The notes under the pieces: model-generated
Seen by the model: only the letters and a program-made list of their open reading frames with translations
Database searches by the model: none
What the model was told of the DNA's origin: nothing
Shown: positions 24,853 to 34,575 of the stretch, piece after piece
How the letters are laid out: each line of letters opens with the position of its first letter
Position numbering within the stretch: position 1 is the first letter of the stretch
Program-made: the position numbers and the translations under genes
IMG/VR virus record: IMGVR_UViG_3300037296_000138
Location: 1 to 61,305 of that record
Length of the DNA stretch: 61,305 bases
Origin: a virus
Lineage: Duplodnaviria > Caudoviricetes
Direction: 5' to 3' (one strand)

Positions 24853-27489
24853 ATGCATTACATCACGTTTACGGAGCCAGAACAGCTGACCTACGACATT
24901 GCTATTTTGGCTCCAACTCTAAACTATGATTCGATGCTCGAGAATTACGTGAAGCCATTCCTCCCTCACATGATGGAAAAGGTAGTAGCGTTTGATCTAC
25001 ATAAAGCAGGAAAGCGGACTCCAGTAGCGACCCAGAAAGAATACCTGGAAGATCTGTTGCCCGCTCTCATTCACCTCAAAGTCAAATACCTGATTGTAGC
25101 TGACGCTGAGTATTTCAAAACCCTGACCAAAAGCGGATCGGTGGACAAAGCCCTAGGCTATGTTCTGCCAAGCATCGTGGGCGACTTCCAAGTCATCTAC
25201 GTGCCCAATTACGGTCAGATCTTCTATGACCCAGATAAGACCAAGGCCAAGATCACCCAGTGCATGACAGCTTTGGTCGATCACGTGAATGCCAGCTACG
25301 TCGATCCCGGCACCGGGATTGTCCGTCATGCCGAATACCCGATGAATACAGAAGATATTGCAGCAGTGCTGCAACGTCTATTGGACATGAAAGTTCCATT
25401 GACTGCAGACATCGAAGGATTCGGATTGAAGCACTATGAGTGTGGGATCGCTACAATCTCATTCGCATGGAATAAGCATGAGGGAGTAGCATTCCCTGTC
25501 GACATTCGGGAAGCCTACGGGCCTCTTGAACCAAATGTCGAGCACGAAAGATTCTTTAACGTAGAAGTGCGAGCACTTCTGTTAGATTTCTTTCGCAAAT
25601 ACAAGGAAAATATGACGTGGCATAACATTACATTTGATGTTTATGTTTTGGTGTATCAGCTGTTTATGGAAGACCTTCTCGATACTGAGGGTCTCCTGGA
25701 TGGTCTGGACGTCATGCTATCCAATTGGGATGACACCAAGCTCATCACCTATTTGGCCACGAATTCATGTGCTGGAAACAAGCTCGGACTGAAACCTCAA
25801 TCCCAAGAATTCACCGGCAACTATGCCGAGGAAGACATTAAGGATATCCGGAAGATCAAGATTCAGGATCTGCTGGAATACAACCTCATCGACGCCCTTG
25901 CTACTTGGTTCGTAAAAGAGAAGCACTGGGACACGATGATCGAGGACCAGCAGGAGGAGATCTACCAAGGCCTCTTCAAAGACGCTGTGGTGGACATCGT
26001 CCAGATGCAGCTGACCGGTATCCCCTTCGACAGGGGTGAGGTCATCAAGGTGCAGAACGAGCTCCAGGGCGAGCAGGATGCCGCTGTGGCAGCCATGCTG
26101 AACACCCAGACCCTTGGCTCCTTCGTTCATGAGATGCGTGTCAATCACGTCATCAAAAAGAACAAGGAGTATAAGAAAAAGGTCATCACCCTGGCTGACG
26201 TAGATCCAACCAAGATCTGCTTCAATCCGGCCAGTGCTCCCCAGCTTCAGGAGCTCCTCTACGGCAAGCAATACATGGCACTTCCAGTCTTGGATCTCAC
26301 CAAGAGCAAGCTCCCTGCCACCGGCGCGGAGACCCTGGAGAAGTTGATCAACCACACCAACAACCCTGACGAGGTTGCGTTCTTGAAGGCGCTCATCGAA
26401 TACAAATCGGTGGCCATCATCTTGAACACCTTCATCCCGGCCTTCCTCCGGATGCCTATGGCGCCGGATGGTCACTACTACCTCTATGGTTTCTTCAACC
26501 TGGGGGGCACGGTGTCCGGCCGGCTCAGCAGCAACGATCCAAACCTACAGAACATTCCTGCTTCAGGAGCCACTAAGGCTAAGAAGCGGATCGCTAAGAT
26601 GATCAAACGGTGTGTCAAAGCACCCAAGGGCTTTTTGTTTTGCGGGCTCGATTTTGCATCCCTAGAGGATCGGATCTCTGCTGTTACAACCCGTGATCCT
26701 ATGAAGCTCAAGGTCTATACCGACGGCTTTGATGGTCACTGCCTTCGGGCACATGCCTACTTTGGGGACAAGATGCCTGACATCATTGGCACCTGTGTCC
26801 AGAGCGTCAATTCTATCGACAAGCTCTACAGCTCCTTGCGCCAAATGAGTAAGGCACCAACCTTCGCGCTGACCTATCAGGGAACCTATATCACCCTGAT
26901 GGCAAACTGCGGATTTTCGGAGGAGTTGGCCAAAGAGATCGAAGCCCGCTACCACGAGCTCTACGTCGTATCTGACGAGTGGGTGGCAGGTAAAATCAAC
27001 CAAGCAGGGAAAGACGGATATGTCACCGGAGCCTTTGGCTTGCGGGTCCGCACACCTTTGCTTAAGCAGGTGATCTTGGGCAACCGAGTCACCCCCTTCG
27101 AGGCGGCTGCTGAAGGACGCACCGCGGGCAATGCACTGGGTCAATCCTGGTGCTTGCTCAACTCCCGAGCTGCATCCGAATTCATGAAGAAGGTTCGGAA
27201 AAGCATCTACCGGCTGCAAATCAGGCCATGCGCTCATATCCATGACGCCCAGTATTTCCTGATCCCGGATGACATGGAGGTCATCACCTGGATGAACGAA
27301 CATCTAGTGAAGGCTGTCCAATGGCAAGAACACCCTGACATCGCCAACGATGATGTCAAACTGGGTGGGGAGCTCTCGATCTTCTACCCTGACTGGTCCA
27401 CCGAAATGACGATACCGAATGGTGCCGATCAGACAGAAATTGAAACCCTAGCGACTGAGCATTTCGAGAAATACTGCATCGCTGCATAG
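24853..27489 (+). CDS. Family A DNA polymerase (N4 gp39-like)
   Basis: DIE exonuclease motif, GTVSGRLSS..PNLQN, DFASLE, RQMSKAPTFALTYQG, IHDA. Confidence 0.96.
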   Translation: MHYITFTEPEQLTYDIAILAPTLNYDSMLENYVKPFLPHMMEKVVAFDLHKAGKRTPVATQKEYLEDLLPALIHLKVKYLIVADAEYFKTLTKSGSVDKALGYVLPSIVGDFQVIYVPNYGQIFYDPDKTKAKITQCMTALVDHVNASYVDPGTGIVRHAEYPMNTEDIAAVLQRLLDMKVPLTADIEGFGLKHYECGIATISFAWNKHEGVAFPVDIREAYGPLEPNVEHERFFNVEVRALLLDFFRKYKENMTWHNITFDVYVLVYQLFMEDLLDTEGLLDGLDVMLSNWDDTKLITYLATNSCAGNKLGLKPQSQEFTGNYAEEDIKDIRKIKIQDLLEYNLIDALATWFVKEKHWDTMIEDQQEEIYQGLFKDAVVDIVQMQLTGIPFDRGEVIKVQNELQGEQDAAVAAMLNTQTLGSFVHEMRVNHVIKKNKEYKKKVITLADVDPTKICFNPASAPQLQELLYGKQYMALPVLDLTKSKLPATGAETLEKLINHTNNPDEVAFLKALIEYKSVAIILNTFIPAFLRMPMAPDGHYYLYGFFNLGGTVSGRLSSNDPNLQNIPASGATKAKKRIAKMIKRCVKAPKGFLFCGLDFASLEDRISAVTTRDPMKLKVYTDGFDGHCLRAHAYFGDKMPDIIGTCVQSVNSIDKLYSSLRQMSKAPTFALTYQGTYITLMANCGFSEELAKEIEARYHELYVVSDEWVAGKINQAGKDGYVTGAFGLRVRTPLLKQVILGNRVTPFEAAAEGRTAGNALGQSWCLLNSRAASEFMKKVRKSIYRLQIRPCAHIHDAQYFLIPDDMEVITWMNEHLVKAVQWQEHPDIANDDVKLGGELSIFYPDWSTEMTIPNGADQTEIETLATEHFEKYCIAA

Positions 27490-27502
27490 AGAAAGGCCAA
27501 CC

Positions 27503-27796
27503 ATGGCAGTTCAGAAACAACACCACTTCCTGTTCTCTTCGACGCTGGTTTACACCCGCAAGGAAGACGACAGCGAAGTCCGCCGGCAGAAGTCCAAACC
27601 CTTCAATGCCATTGTCACCACCGGCACCAAGCTCGTGACCTATGAGCTGATGGACCGCGCACGCAAAGCGATCCTACAGCGCGCCTGGGACGAGATGGGT
27701 GTGCCCATCGACGACGTGCTCGATTACCACGTTCACAACTTCTCCTACATGGGGCTGATGTCCTCGGAAGAGTTCAACGGCCGCAAAGCCAGCTAA
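27503..27796 (+). CDS. Hypothetical protein
   Basis: RBS; S(Y)MG.MS.EEF C-terminus; synteny. Confidence 0.75.
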   Translation: MAVQKQHHFLFSSTLVYTRKEDDSEVRRQKSKPFNAIVTTGTKLVTYELMDRARKAILQRAWDEMGVPIDDVLDYHVHNFSYMGLMSSEEFNGRKAS

Positions 27797-27806
27797 GGGG
27801 AAAACC

Positions 27807-28793
27807 ATGAAACAGGGCATCACCAACAACTCAGGCTTCAGCCTATCCATGGCTGTATGGCTCGCTCACGATGACTATGATGGTCCATCGGAAGCAGCGC
27901 CACAGGGAGAGGTGATCTCGGTCACCACCTTGCTGGTCCCAACTCGTATCTTCGTGCTCCAGCAGCGGCTCCCAGAGGGCACAGGGCTGCCTGACGTCAC
28001 AGACCGTATCGCGGCTCGTTTCGGACAGGCTATCCACGCTGACATCGAGAAGACCTGGCGCCAGCACTATGCCACGGCAATGCGCAAGCTGGGTATGAGC
28101 CAGAAGATGATCGACAAGATCCGGATCAACCCGGAGAAGGTCGAGCCTGGTGAAATTCCTGTTTACCTGGAGCAACGCTACTATCGCGTTTTCGACGGGG
28201 TCGTAATCTCGGGCAAGTTCGATGAGATCATCAACGGACAACTGAACGATACCAAGACCTCGTCGACCTATTCCTACATGAATGGAACCAACGAAGAGAG
28301 CCACACGAAGCAGCTCAGCGCCTATCGTTGGATCTCCCCTGAAAAGGTCACTTCTGAAATTGGCAACATCAACCATATCTTCACAGATTGGCAGCGGATG
28401 ATGACCAAGCAGAACCCGAACTACCCCAAGCATCGGGTGACCGAGGTGTCCTACCAGCTGCAAAGCTTGAAGGAGACTGAATCCTGGATCAAAGCCAAAC
28501 TGGATGAGATCCGCGCCAACGTCGACCTCCCCGAGGAGCAAGTCATCCGCTGCACGCCTGACGAGCTGTGGATGTCTCCCCCGCAATACAAATACTATGC
28601 TGATCCGGCCAAGGCTGACTTGGGCGGACGGTCCACCAAAAACTGCGATTCTATGCAGGAAGCAATGACCCACATGGCGACCAAGGGTAAAGGCAAGGGC
28701 AAGATCATTGTTGTCCCGTCTGAACCCAAGCGCTGTGGCTACTGCCCTGTCTACGAGATCTGCACACAGAAAGACGAGTATTTCCATGATTGA
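27807..28793 (+). CDS. PD-(D/E)xK Cas4-like exonuclease (N4 gp42-like)
   Basis: LEQR, ISGKFD, DTKT, QLSAY, C-terminal CGYC....IC. Confidence 0.85.
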   Translation: MKQGITNNSGFSLSMAVWLAHDDYDGPSEAAPQGEVISVTTLLVPTRIFVLQQRLPEGTGLPDVTDRIAARFGQAIHADIEKTWRQHYATAMRKLGMSQKMIDKIRINPEKVEPGEIPVYLEQRYYRVFDGVVISGKFDEIINGQLNDTKTSSTYSYMNGTNEESHTKQLSAYRWISPEKVTSEIGNINHIFTDWQRMMTKQNPNYPKHRVTEVSYQLQSLKETESWIKAKLDEIRANVDLPEEQVIRCTPDELWMSPPQYKYYADPAKADLGGRSTKNCDSMQEAMTHMATKGKGKGKIIVVPSEPKRCGYCPVYEICTQKDEYFHD

Positions 28794-30924
28794 TCTGACA
28801 ACTGTATCCCACCATCCGGCGATTGAAGAACTCGTAGACGTGCTCTGCAACAAGACCCAGAACACCGATCGGGGTTTCTTCCGTGTCGAAGTGGCATACT
28901 TCCTTGCGAAGATGGCAGGCACCATGCGTGCCTCCATCCTGACCGAAGACCGGGGCGAGATCCCGGTCAACGTCTATGCGCTTGCGCTGGGCACCTCCGG
29001 CTATGGTAAGGGCCACAGCGTCCATATCATCGAGAACCAATTCATGAGCGGCTTCAAACGCCGGTTCATGGAGGACACCTTCAACGTGATCTCTGATGGT
29101 CACCTCTGGAAGATGGCACTCGAGCGGGCGGCGATCTCCGGTAAGGAGGAGCAGGCTGAGAAGGATTCCCTAGATAAGGAATTCATCCAGGCTGGTAACT
29201 TCACTTTCACGTTCGACTCCGGCACTGCTCCCGCGGTGAAGCAACTGCGCCACAAGCTGCTCATGGCAGACGTCGGTGCAATCAACCTGCAGATCGACGA
29301 GATTGGTTCCAATCTGGTCGGCAACACCGAAGTCCTGAACGTGTTCCTTGAGCTCTACGATCAGGGGATGGTCAACAACAAGCTGACCAAGAACACCACC
29401 GAGAACGTGCGCGGCCGGGAGATCGACGGTAAGACACCGACGAACGCTCTGCTGTTCGGCACCCCGTCCAAGCTCTTGGATGGTGGTATCGTCGAGGATA
29501 ACTTCTACTCGTTCCTCGATACGGGCTACGCCCGCCGGTGCCTGTTTGGTTGGGGCCAGGAGCAGCGCAACACAGACGATGCAACACCTGCTGAAATCTA
29601 CGCGCGCTTGGTTTCTGGAACCAACAAGACGACTACGACAAAATGGTCCACTCACTTTTCGTTGTTGGCCGATCCGGCCAAGTTCGGATGGGAAATGACC
29701 GTTGACGACGTGGTTGGCATCGAGCTGCTGACCTACAAAATTGAATGTGAACGGCACGCTGCCACCTACCCAGAGCACGAAGAGATCCGGAAGGCAGAAA
29801 TGTCCCACCGGTATTTCAAAGCTCTGAAGCTTGCCGGCGCACTGGCATTCGTAGACGAGTCGTCGGAGATCGAAATGGATCACCTGCACGCGGCTATGAA
29901 ATTGGTGGAAGAGTCAGGCGAAAGCTTTCAGCGCCTGATGACCCGCGAGAAAACCTACGTCAAATTGGCTAAATATATCGCGGCCACCAAAGAAGATCTG
30001 ACCCATGCTGACCTGTTCGAGGCATTGCCTTTCTACAAAGCGAGCCAGACAGCACGGACAGAGATCATGACCTTGGCTACGGCCTGGGGCTACAAACAGA
30101 ACATCATCATCCAGAAGACATTCGTCGATGGTATTGAGTTCTTCCGTGGCTCCACTCTTGAGGAGACCAATCTCGACGAGATCCTCATCACCTACTCGGA
30201 CCATTTCGCATATAACTATGTGACCGAGCGGGCTCCATTCGCATCCCTGCACGAGCTGACCCAAGCGCCAGGCATGAATTGGACCAACCACGGTTTCCAG
30301 GATGGTCACCGGTTGGAGGAGAAGGTCATCCCTGGATTCAACATGATCGCTATCGACGTCGACGGCGGCGTAGATATGGAACAGGTCCACGAGCTCATGA
30401 AGGATTATACTTTCATGACCTATACGACCAAGAGCCATACCGATGGCGATCACCGTTTCCGTCTGATGATCCCGATCAGCTATGTGCTGGAACTGGATTA
30501 TGACGACTACAAGGAGTTCATGAATTCGTTCATGGAATGGCTCCCCTTCACCAGCGACGAAGGTGCCAATCAGCGCTCTAAGAAATGGGAAACCTATGCC
30601 GGCGGCACCTACCACTCGAACGAGGGCTTGCTCCTCGATCCTCTTCGGTTTGTCCCAAAGACAACGAAGAACGAGCAGCACCGTGAATCCATGGGGCAGC
30701 TGGAAAGCTTGGACAATCTGGAACGCTGGTTTGCAGGGCGCATCGCCTCGGGCAACCGGAACAACCAGATGATCAAGTTCGCCTATGCTCTGGTGGACAG
30801 CGGGATGACGCTCCATGAAGTCGAGCAGAACGTGATCGCCTTCAACCAAAAGCTCTCGAACGGTCTGACCGAACAGGAGCTCCGTAGCACCATTTTCCAG
30901 AGTGTTGCGAAGCGTTATGACTAG
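28786..30924 (+). CDS. DNA primase/ATPase (N4 gp43, dns-like)
   Basis: SGYGKG, IDEIG, IDVD, TKSH, PriCT-like GNRNN. Confidence 0.9.
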   Translation: MIDLTTVSHHPAIEELVDVLCNKTQNTDRGFFRVEVAYFLAKMAGTMRASILTEDRGEIPVNVYALALGTSGYGKGHSVHIIENQFMSGFKRRFMEDTFNVISDGHLWKMALERAAISGKEEQAEKDSLDKEFIQAGNFTFTFDSGTAPAVKQLRHKLLMADVGAINLQIDEIGSNLVGNTEVLNVFLELYDQGMVNNKLTKNTTENVRGREIDGKTPTNALLFGTPSKLLDGGIVEDNFYSFLDTGYARRCLFGWGQEQRNTDDATPAEIYARLVSGTNKTTTTKWSTHFSLLADPAKFGWEMTVDDVVGIELLTYKIECERHAATYPEHEEIRKAEMSHRYFKALKLAGALAFVDESSEIEMDHLHAAMKLVEESGESFQRLMTREKTYVKLAKYIAATKEDLTHADLFEALPFYKASQTARTEIMTLATAWGYKQNIIIQKTFVDGIEFFRGSTLEETNLDEILITYSDHFAYNYVTERAPFASLHELTQAPGMNWTNHGFQDGHRLEEKVIPGFNMIAIDVDGGVDMEQVHELMKDYTFMTYTTKSHTDGDHRFRLMIPISYVLELDYDDYKEFMNSFMEWLPFTSDEGANQRSKKWETYAGGTYHSNEGLLLDPLRFVPKTTKNEQHRESMGQLESLDNLERWFAGRIASGNRNNQMIKFAYALVDSGMTLHEVEQNVIAFNQKLSNGLTEQELRSTIFQSVAKRYD

Positions 30925-31027
30925 CATTCGCTAGGCATAAATGCTAAATCTCTAGTCCAACCTGGGGCCAAGTGGATGCTGTTTTTCGGGCAACATTTGG
31001 CCTCATAATCACCCTGAAAGGAAACCT

Positions 31028-31756
31028 ATGTCAGATGACATTAACGACCAGTTGGTCTTGATCTCAGGTGAATCGGCAACCGGCAAATCAGCAAGTCTTC
31101 AGCACATCCCGAACGGAGAACGGGTCATGTATCTGAACTGCGAATCGGGCAAACGCTTGCCCTTTGCCAACAAGTTCGATTCCTACAAGATCACAGATCC
31201 TCTGCAGGTCTATGAGGCGTTCGCTCACGCCAACCAGAACCCCGACTACGACGTCATCGTGGTCGATACGCTAACCTTCCTCATGGATATGTATGAGTCG
31301 ACCTACGTGATCGATTCTGAAAATACCATGAAGGCCTGGGGCGACTATGCTCAGTTCTTCAAGAACCTGATGCAGGTCTACGTTGCACCCAGCGACAAGT
31401 CGGTGATCTTCTTGGCTCACACCCGGGAAGACCATGACGAGAAGGCTATGCGGATGAAAACCGCGGTGCCCATCAAAGGGGCTCTGAAGAACAACGGCAT
31501 TGAGTCATATTTCTCTACCGTGGTCGCCACCAAAAAAGTGGAGATCAAGCACCTCGAAGATCAAGACCCTGCCTTGTGCCGGATCTCCGATCATGACCGG
31601 TTGCTAGGCTACAAGCACGTCTTCCAGACACAGCTGACAGCCGATACAATCGGTGAGCGTATTCGTTCCCCTATGGGTTTGTTCAACACGAACCAAGCCT
31701 TTATGGACAACGATGCCAACCTCCTGCTGGATCACCTGAAGGGCTACTACGCCTGA
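31028..31756 (+). CDS. Sak4-like P-loop ATPase (N4 gp44-like)
   Basis: GESATGKS, LNCE, IVVDT, IRSPMGLF. Confidence 0.88.
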   Translation: MSDDINDQLVLISGESATGKSASLQHIPNGERVMYLNCESGKRLPFANKFDSYKITDPLQVYEAFAHANQNPDYDVIVVDTLTFLMDMYESTYVIDSENTMKAWGDYAQFFKNLMQVYVAPSDKSVIFLAHTREDHDEKAMRMKTAVPIKGALKNNGIESYFSTVVATKKVEIKHLEDQDPALCRISDHDRLLGYKHVFQTQLTADTIGERIRSPMGLFNTNQAFMDNDANLLLDHLKGYYA

Positions 31757-31793
31757 TCCGGCAACCACTTCCCCAACACAGAAAGAGCTTACC

Positions 31794-32534
31794 ATGAGCA
31801 ACAATGCTTTTGCTTCACACTCCACCGAAGGCTTCGAAAAAGAGAAGGACGTCCTGGGCGGCGGAGGCACAGTGCCCTCCAACATCTACAAGGCGACCGT
31901 CGAGATGGCCTATGTGGTTAACGCTTCGGCGTCCAAGTCCCAGGGTGTTGCTTTCATCCTGAAGCTGGACAGCGGCATGACAGTCCGCGAGACCGTCTAT
32001 GTCCTGAACCGCCAGGGTGAGAACACCTATCCTGACAAGAAGGATGCAACCAAGAAGCACCTGCTTCCCGGCTGGCAGACCATCGACTCCCTCTGCATGA
32101 TGGCCACCGGCCTCGGCCTGACCGATCAGGACATGGAAGAGAAATCCGTTCTGATCTACGACTTCGATGCAGGCAAAGAAGTCCCCAAGAAGGTTCAGGT
32201 CATCACGTCCCTGCTGGGCAAGGAAGTCGGCGCTGCGATCCTCGAGCAGACCGTCGACAAGACCAAGCAGAACGAGTCCACCAAGGCTTACGAGCCAACA
32301 GGTGAAACCCGTGACGAGAACACGGTCGACAAGTTCTTCCATGCCGACACGATGCGCACGACCTCCGAATGCATCGAAGGCATCGACGAAGCCATCTTCG
32401 CTCCAAAGTGGTTGGAGAAGAACGAAGGCAAGAAGAAGAACAAGTCCAAGGGCAAGGCTGGCAAAGCCGGTGCTCCAGGTGGTGCCGGCGGCGGTGCGCC
32501 TAAGCCAAAAGAGTCCTTGTTCGGTAAGAAGTAA
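31794..32534 (+). CDS. N4-type SSB / late transcription activator (gp45-like)
   Basis: D.LGGG, LPG, REEN-like DKFF segment, C-terminal SLFGKK. Confidence 0.9.
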   Translation: MSNNAFASHSTEGFEKEKDVLGGGGTVPSNIYKATVEMAYVVNASASKSQGVAFILKLDSGMTVRETVYVLNRQGENTYPDKKDATKKHLLPGWQTIDSLCMMATGLGLTDQDMEEKSVLIYDFDAGKEVPKKVQVITSLLGKEVGAAILEQTVDKTKQNESTKAYEPTGETRDENTVDKFFHADTMRTTSECIEGIDEAIFAPKWLEKNEGKKKNKSKGKAGKAGAPGGAGGGAPKPKESLFGKK

Positions 32535-32543
32535 AAACCTAAG

Positions 32544-32573
32544 AAGGCTCCTGTGATAAGCGGGAGCCTTTTT
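32544..32573 (+). terminator. Intrinsic terminator
   Basis: aaggctcctg...cgggagcctt followed by ttt. Confidence 0.8.
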
Positions 32574-32574
32574 C

Positions 32575-33666
32575 ATGTTGCTATCTCTACCCACTCGAGT
32601 CCAGATCACTAAGAAAAAATTCTTTGCCCTGAACTTGAACCACTATCGCAACACCCACTTCACGCAGCTGAACAATGCAAAGATAGCATTCAAATCTGCG
32701 GTCCAGAAACGTGTATGTGCCCTACCAGAATTGCACGGTCAGATTCACTTCACCTATATCCTTTATCCTAAGACCCGTCAGAAATGCGATGTCGCCAATG
32801 TCTGTTCGATCGTAGATAAATTCTTTTCAGATGCTCTGGTTGAGTTTGGTATTATACCAGACGACAATTACGATCACTTGCCTCAAGTGATTTACCAGTT
32901 TGGATCCATAGATAAGGCTAATCCCCGTGTTGATGTTTTGATAGAAACATATCCAGATTACCTCGCTCGAATCACTCAACCCCAAATCAAGGAGCAAGAT
33001 CCTATGCAGATCACTCTCAACGAAACCGAGATCAAACGTGCCATCTCCGAGTTCATCACGAACCGGATGGAAGTTGATCTGAACACCAATGTCGACATCG
33101 ACCTGAAGGCCACCCGTGGCTCCGAAGGTTTCACGGCGTCGTTTGATGTTCTCCCGCGGGTCAAGCACACCGAAGCCCGTCTGTCCGGCGAGGCCCAGGT
33201 GGCTGCCCCTTTGGACAAACCGTCGGAGACCTCCAACGTGGGCTCTACCGCGGATACGCCAGAGCCCGTGAAAGCAGCCCCCAAGGCTGTGGCGAAGTCT
33301 TCTTTGCCAGCTACGAAGCCTGTCGCAGAGCCCTCGACCACTGAAGAGGCTCCTGCAGCCGACAAAGAGGTCGCTGGCACCACGACGAAAGCTTTTGCTG
33401 GTCAGTCGTCCGGTGAGAAGCCAAAGAGCCTGTTCGCCGCCAAGGCTGCAGCTCAGGAGGCTGAACAGCCGACCGAAGAGTCCGAAGCCAACATCTCCTC
33501 CGGGGATGAACGCACGGACCCTACCGAAGCTGCCGACACTCCGATCCCTTCGGAGCCTTCGACTGAAGAAGTCGATGAGACCGAGCAGCAGCAAGAAGAA
33601 GAAGAAGATGCGCCAGCACCCGAGCCGGCCAAGAAGCCACTGTTTAGCTTCGCCAAGAAGGCCTAA
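32575..33666 (+). CDS. RusA-like Holliday junction resolvase fused to a low-complexity domain
   Basis: LNLN.YRN, DVAN...DKFFSDAL.....DDN, NPRVD; acidic Pro/Ala-rich C-terminal half. Confidence 0.8.
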   Translation: MLLSLPTRVQITKKKFFALNLNHYRNTHFTQLNNAKIAFKSAVQKRVCALPELHGQIHFTYILYPKTRQKCDVANVCSIVDKFFSDALVEFGIIPDDNYDHLPQVIYQFGSIDKANPRVDVLIETYPDYLARITQPQIKEQDPMQITLNETEIKRAISEFITNRMEVDLNTNVDIDLKATRGSEGFTASFDVLPRVKHTEARLSGEAQVAAPLDKPSETSNVGSTADTPEPVKAAPKAVAKSSLPATKPVAEPSTTEEAPAADKEVAGTTTKAFAGQSSGEKPKSLFAAKAAAQEAEQPTEESEANISSGDERTDPTEAADTPIPSEPSTEEVDETEQQQEEEEDAPAPEPAKKPLFSFAKKA

Positions 33667-33851
33667 TGCGCCAGTTCGCAAAAAACGTTAAGATCTTTCT
33701 CGTGATCTTAGCGTTGGCTGCGGCAGGTGCAGTGATCTACGCCGCTGTCGCAGCCGCCATATTCCTCATAGTCCCCATCGCTATCATTGCGGGACTATGG
33801 TTCGTGGCAAAGGTCTTCGCCTACGAGGATCCAGACGACAAGCCTCCCTGA
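33666..33851 (+). CDS. Small two-TM membrane protein
   Basis: TAATG coupling; hydrophobic. Confidence 0.7.
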   Translation: MRQFAKNVKIFLVILALAAAGAVIYAAVAAAIFLIVPIAIIAGLWFVAKVFAYEDPDDKPP

Positions 33852-33870
33852 GCATTTCTAAGCTCTAATT

Positions 33871-33905
33871 AAAGCTCCCCCTGATTTATTAGGGGGAGCT
33901 TTTTT
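33871..33905 (+). terminator. Intrinsic terminator
   Basis: aaagctccccct-gatttatt-agggggagcttt followed by ttt. Confidence 0.85.
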
Positions 33906-33920
33906 ATATGTGAGAACATC

Positions 33921-34475
33921 ATGAAAAATAAACGTGGCACTTCAATAATGCGACCTGAGTCGATGGTTAAATTGACCCAACAGAATTCAGAGCGGATGCA
34001 TCAAACCAAAATGCAGAAGGTCAGATTGGGAACACCAATCCTAAATCATAGCTTCTCTGTTGTCTGGGGATACTTCGCCAAGGATATGGAGATCAATGAA
34101 ATGAAACCATATCCATTCACAACAGCATCCCGATTGCTGGGCGTTGATTCTATCGACGAACGAACAGATGCAGACGAAAATCAATATATGGGAACCAGAT
34201 CAGATAGGGAAACTGCTATCATATTCACTGATGGTATCTGGCATGTTAGTTACGACACCATCCAGAAAGACCTCAGCGAGTGTGCAGATTTTATCATGTC
34301 ACCTGTGTCCGGCCCTGAATCGGTTTTCAACATGCTGACTGTGCTCTTGCAGGACAAACGGTTCACCACATATGCGCAGAATAGCGGGTTTGATTACCGC
34401 GGTGATACCACACCGTTGGGTCTACTCAAGACCTACTACGACACCTATGCCCATACCGATCGTCGGAGAACGTAA
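33921..34475 (+). CDS. Hypothetical protein
   Basis: 184-aa ORF between two terminators; start uncertain. Confidence 0.65.
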   Translation: MKNKRGTSIMRPESMVKLTQQNSERMHQTKMQKVRLGTPILNHSFSVVWGYFAKDMEINEMKPYPFTTASRLLGVDSIDERTDADENQYMGTRSDRETAIIFTDGIWHVSYDTIQKDLSECADFIMSPVSGPESVFNMLTVLLQDKRFTTYAQNSGFDYRGDTTPLGLLKTYYDTYAHTDRRRT

Positions 34476-34509
34476 AAGCCCTACCGGGAGTCCAATCCGG
34501 TAGGGCTTT
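34475..34509. terminator. Bidirectional terminator at the middle/late convergence
   Basis: aaagccctaccgg-gagtccaat-ccggtagggcttt. Confidence 0.8.
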
Positions 34510-34575
34510 CCTGTCATGCCATCGTCATCGCCCTAATCGAGAATCACCCCAACAATCAGAACACCTCATATATAA

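Noticed and set aside
13985-27489. Inteins or introns in NrdJ or the DNA polymerase
   Set aside because: Both are uninterrupted, of normal length, and lack splice-junction motifs
27807-28793. CRISPR-Cas system suggested by the Cas4-like nuclease
   Set aside because: It is a core N4 gp42-like replication nuclease; no repeat-spacer array or other cas gene was seen
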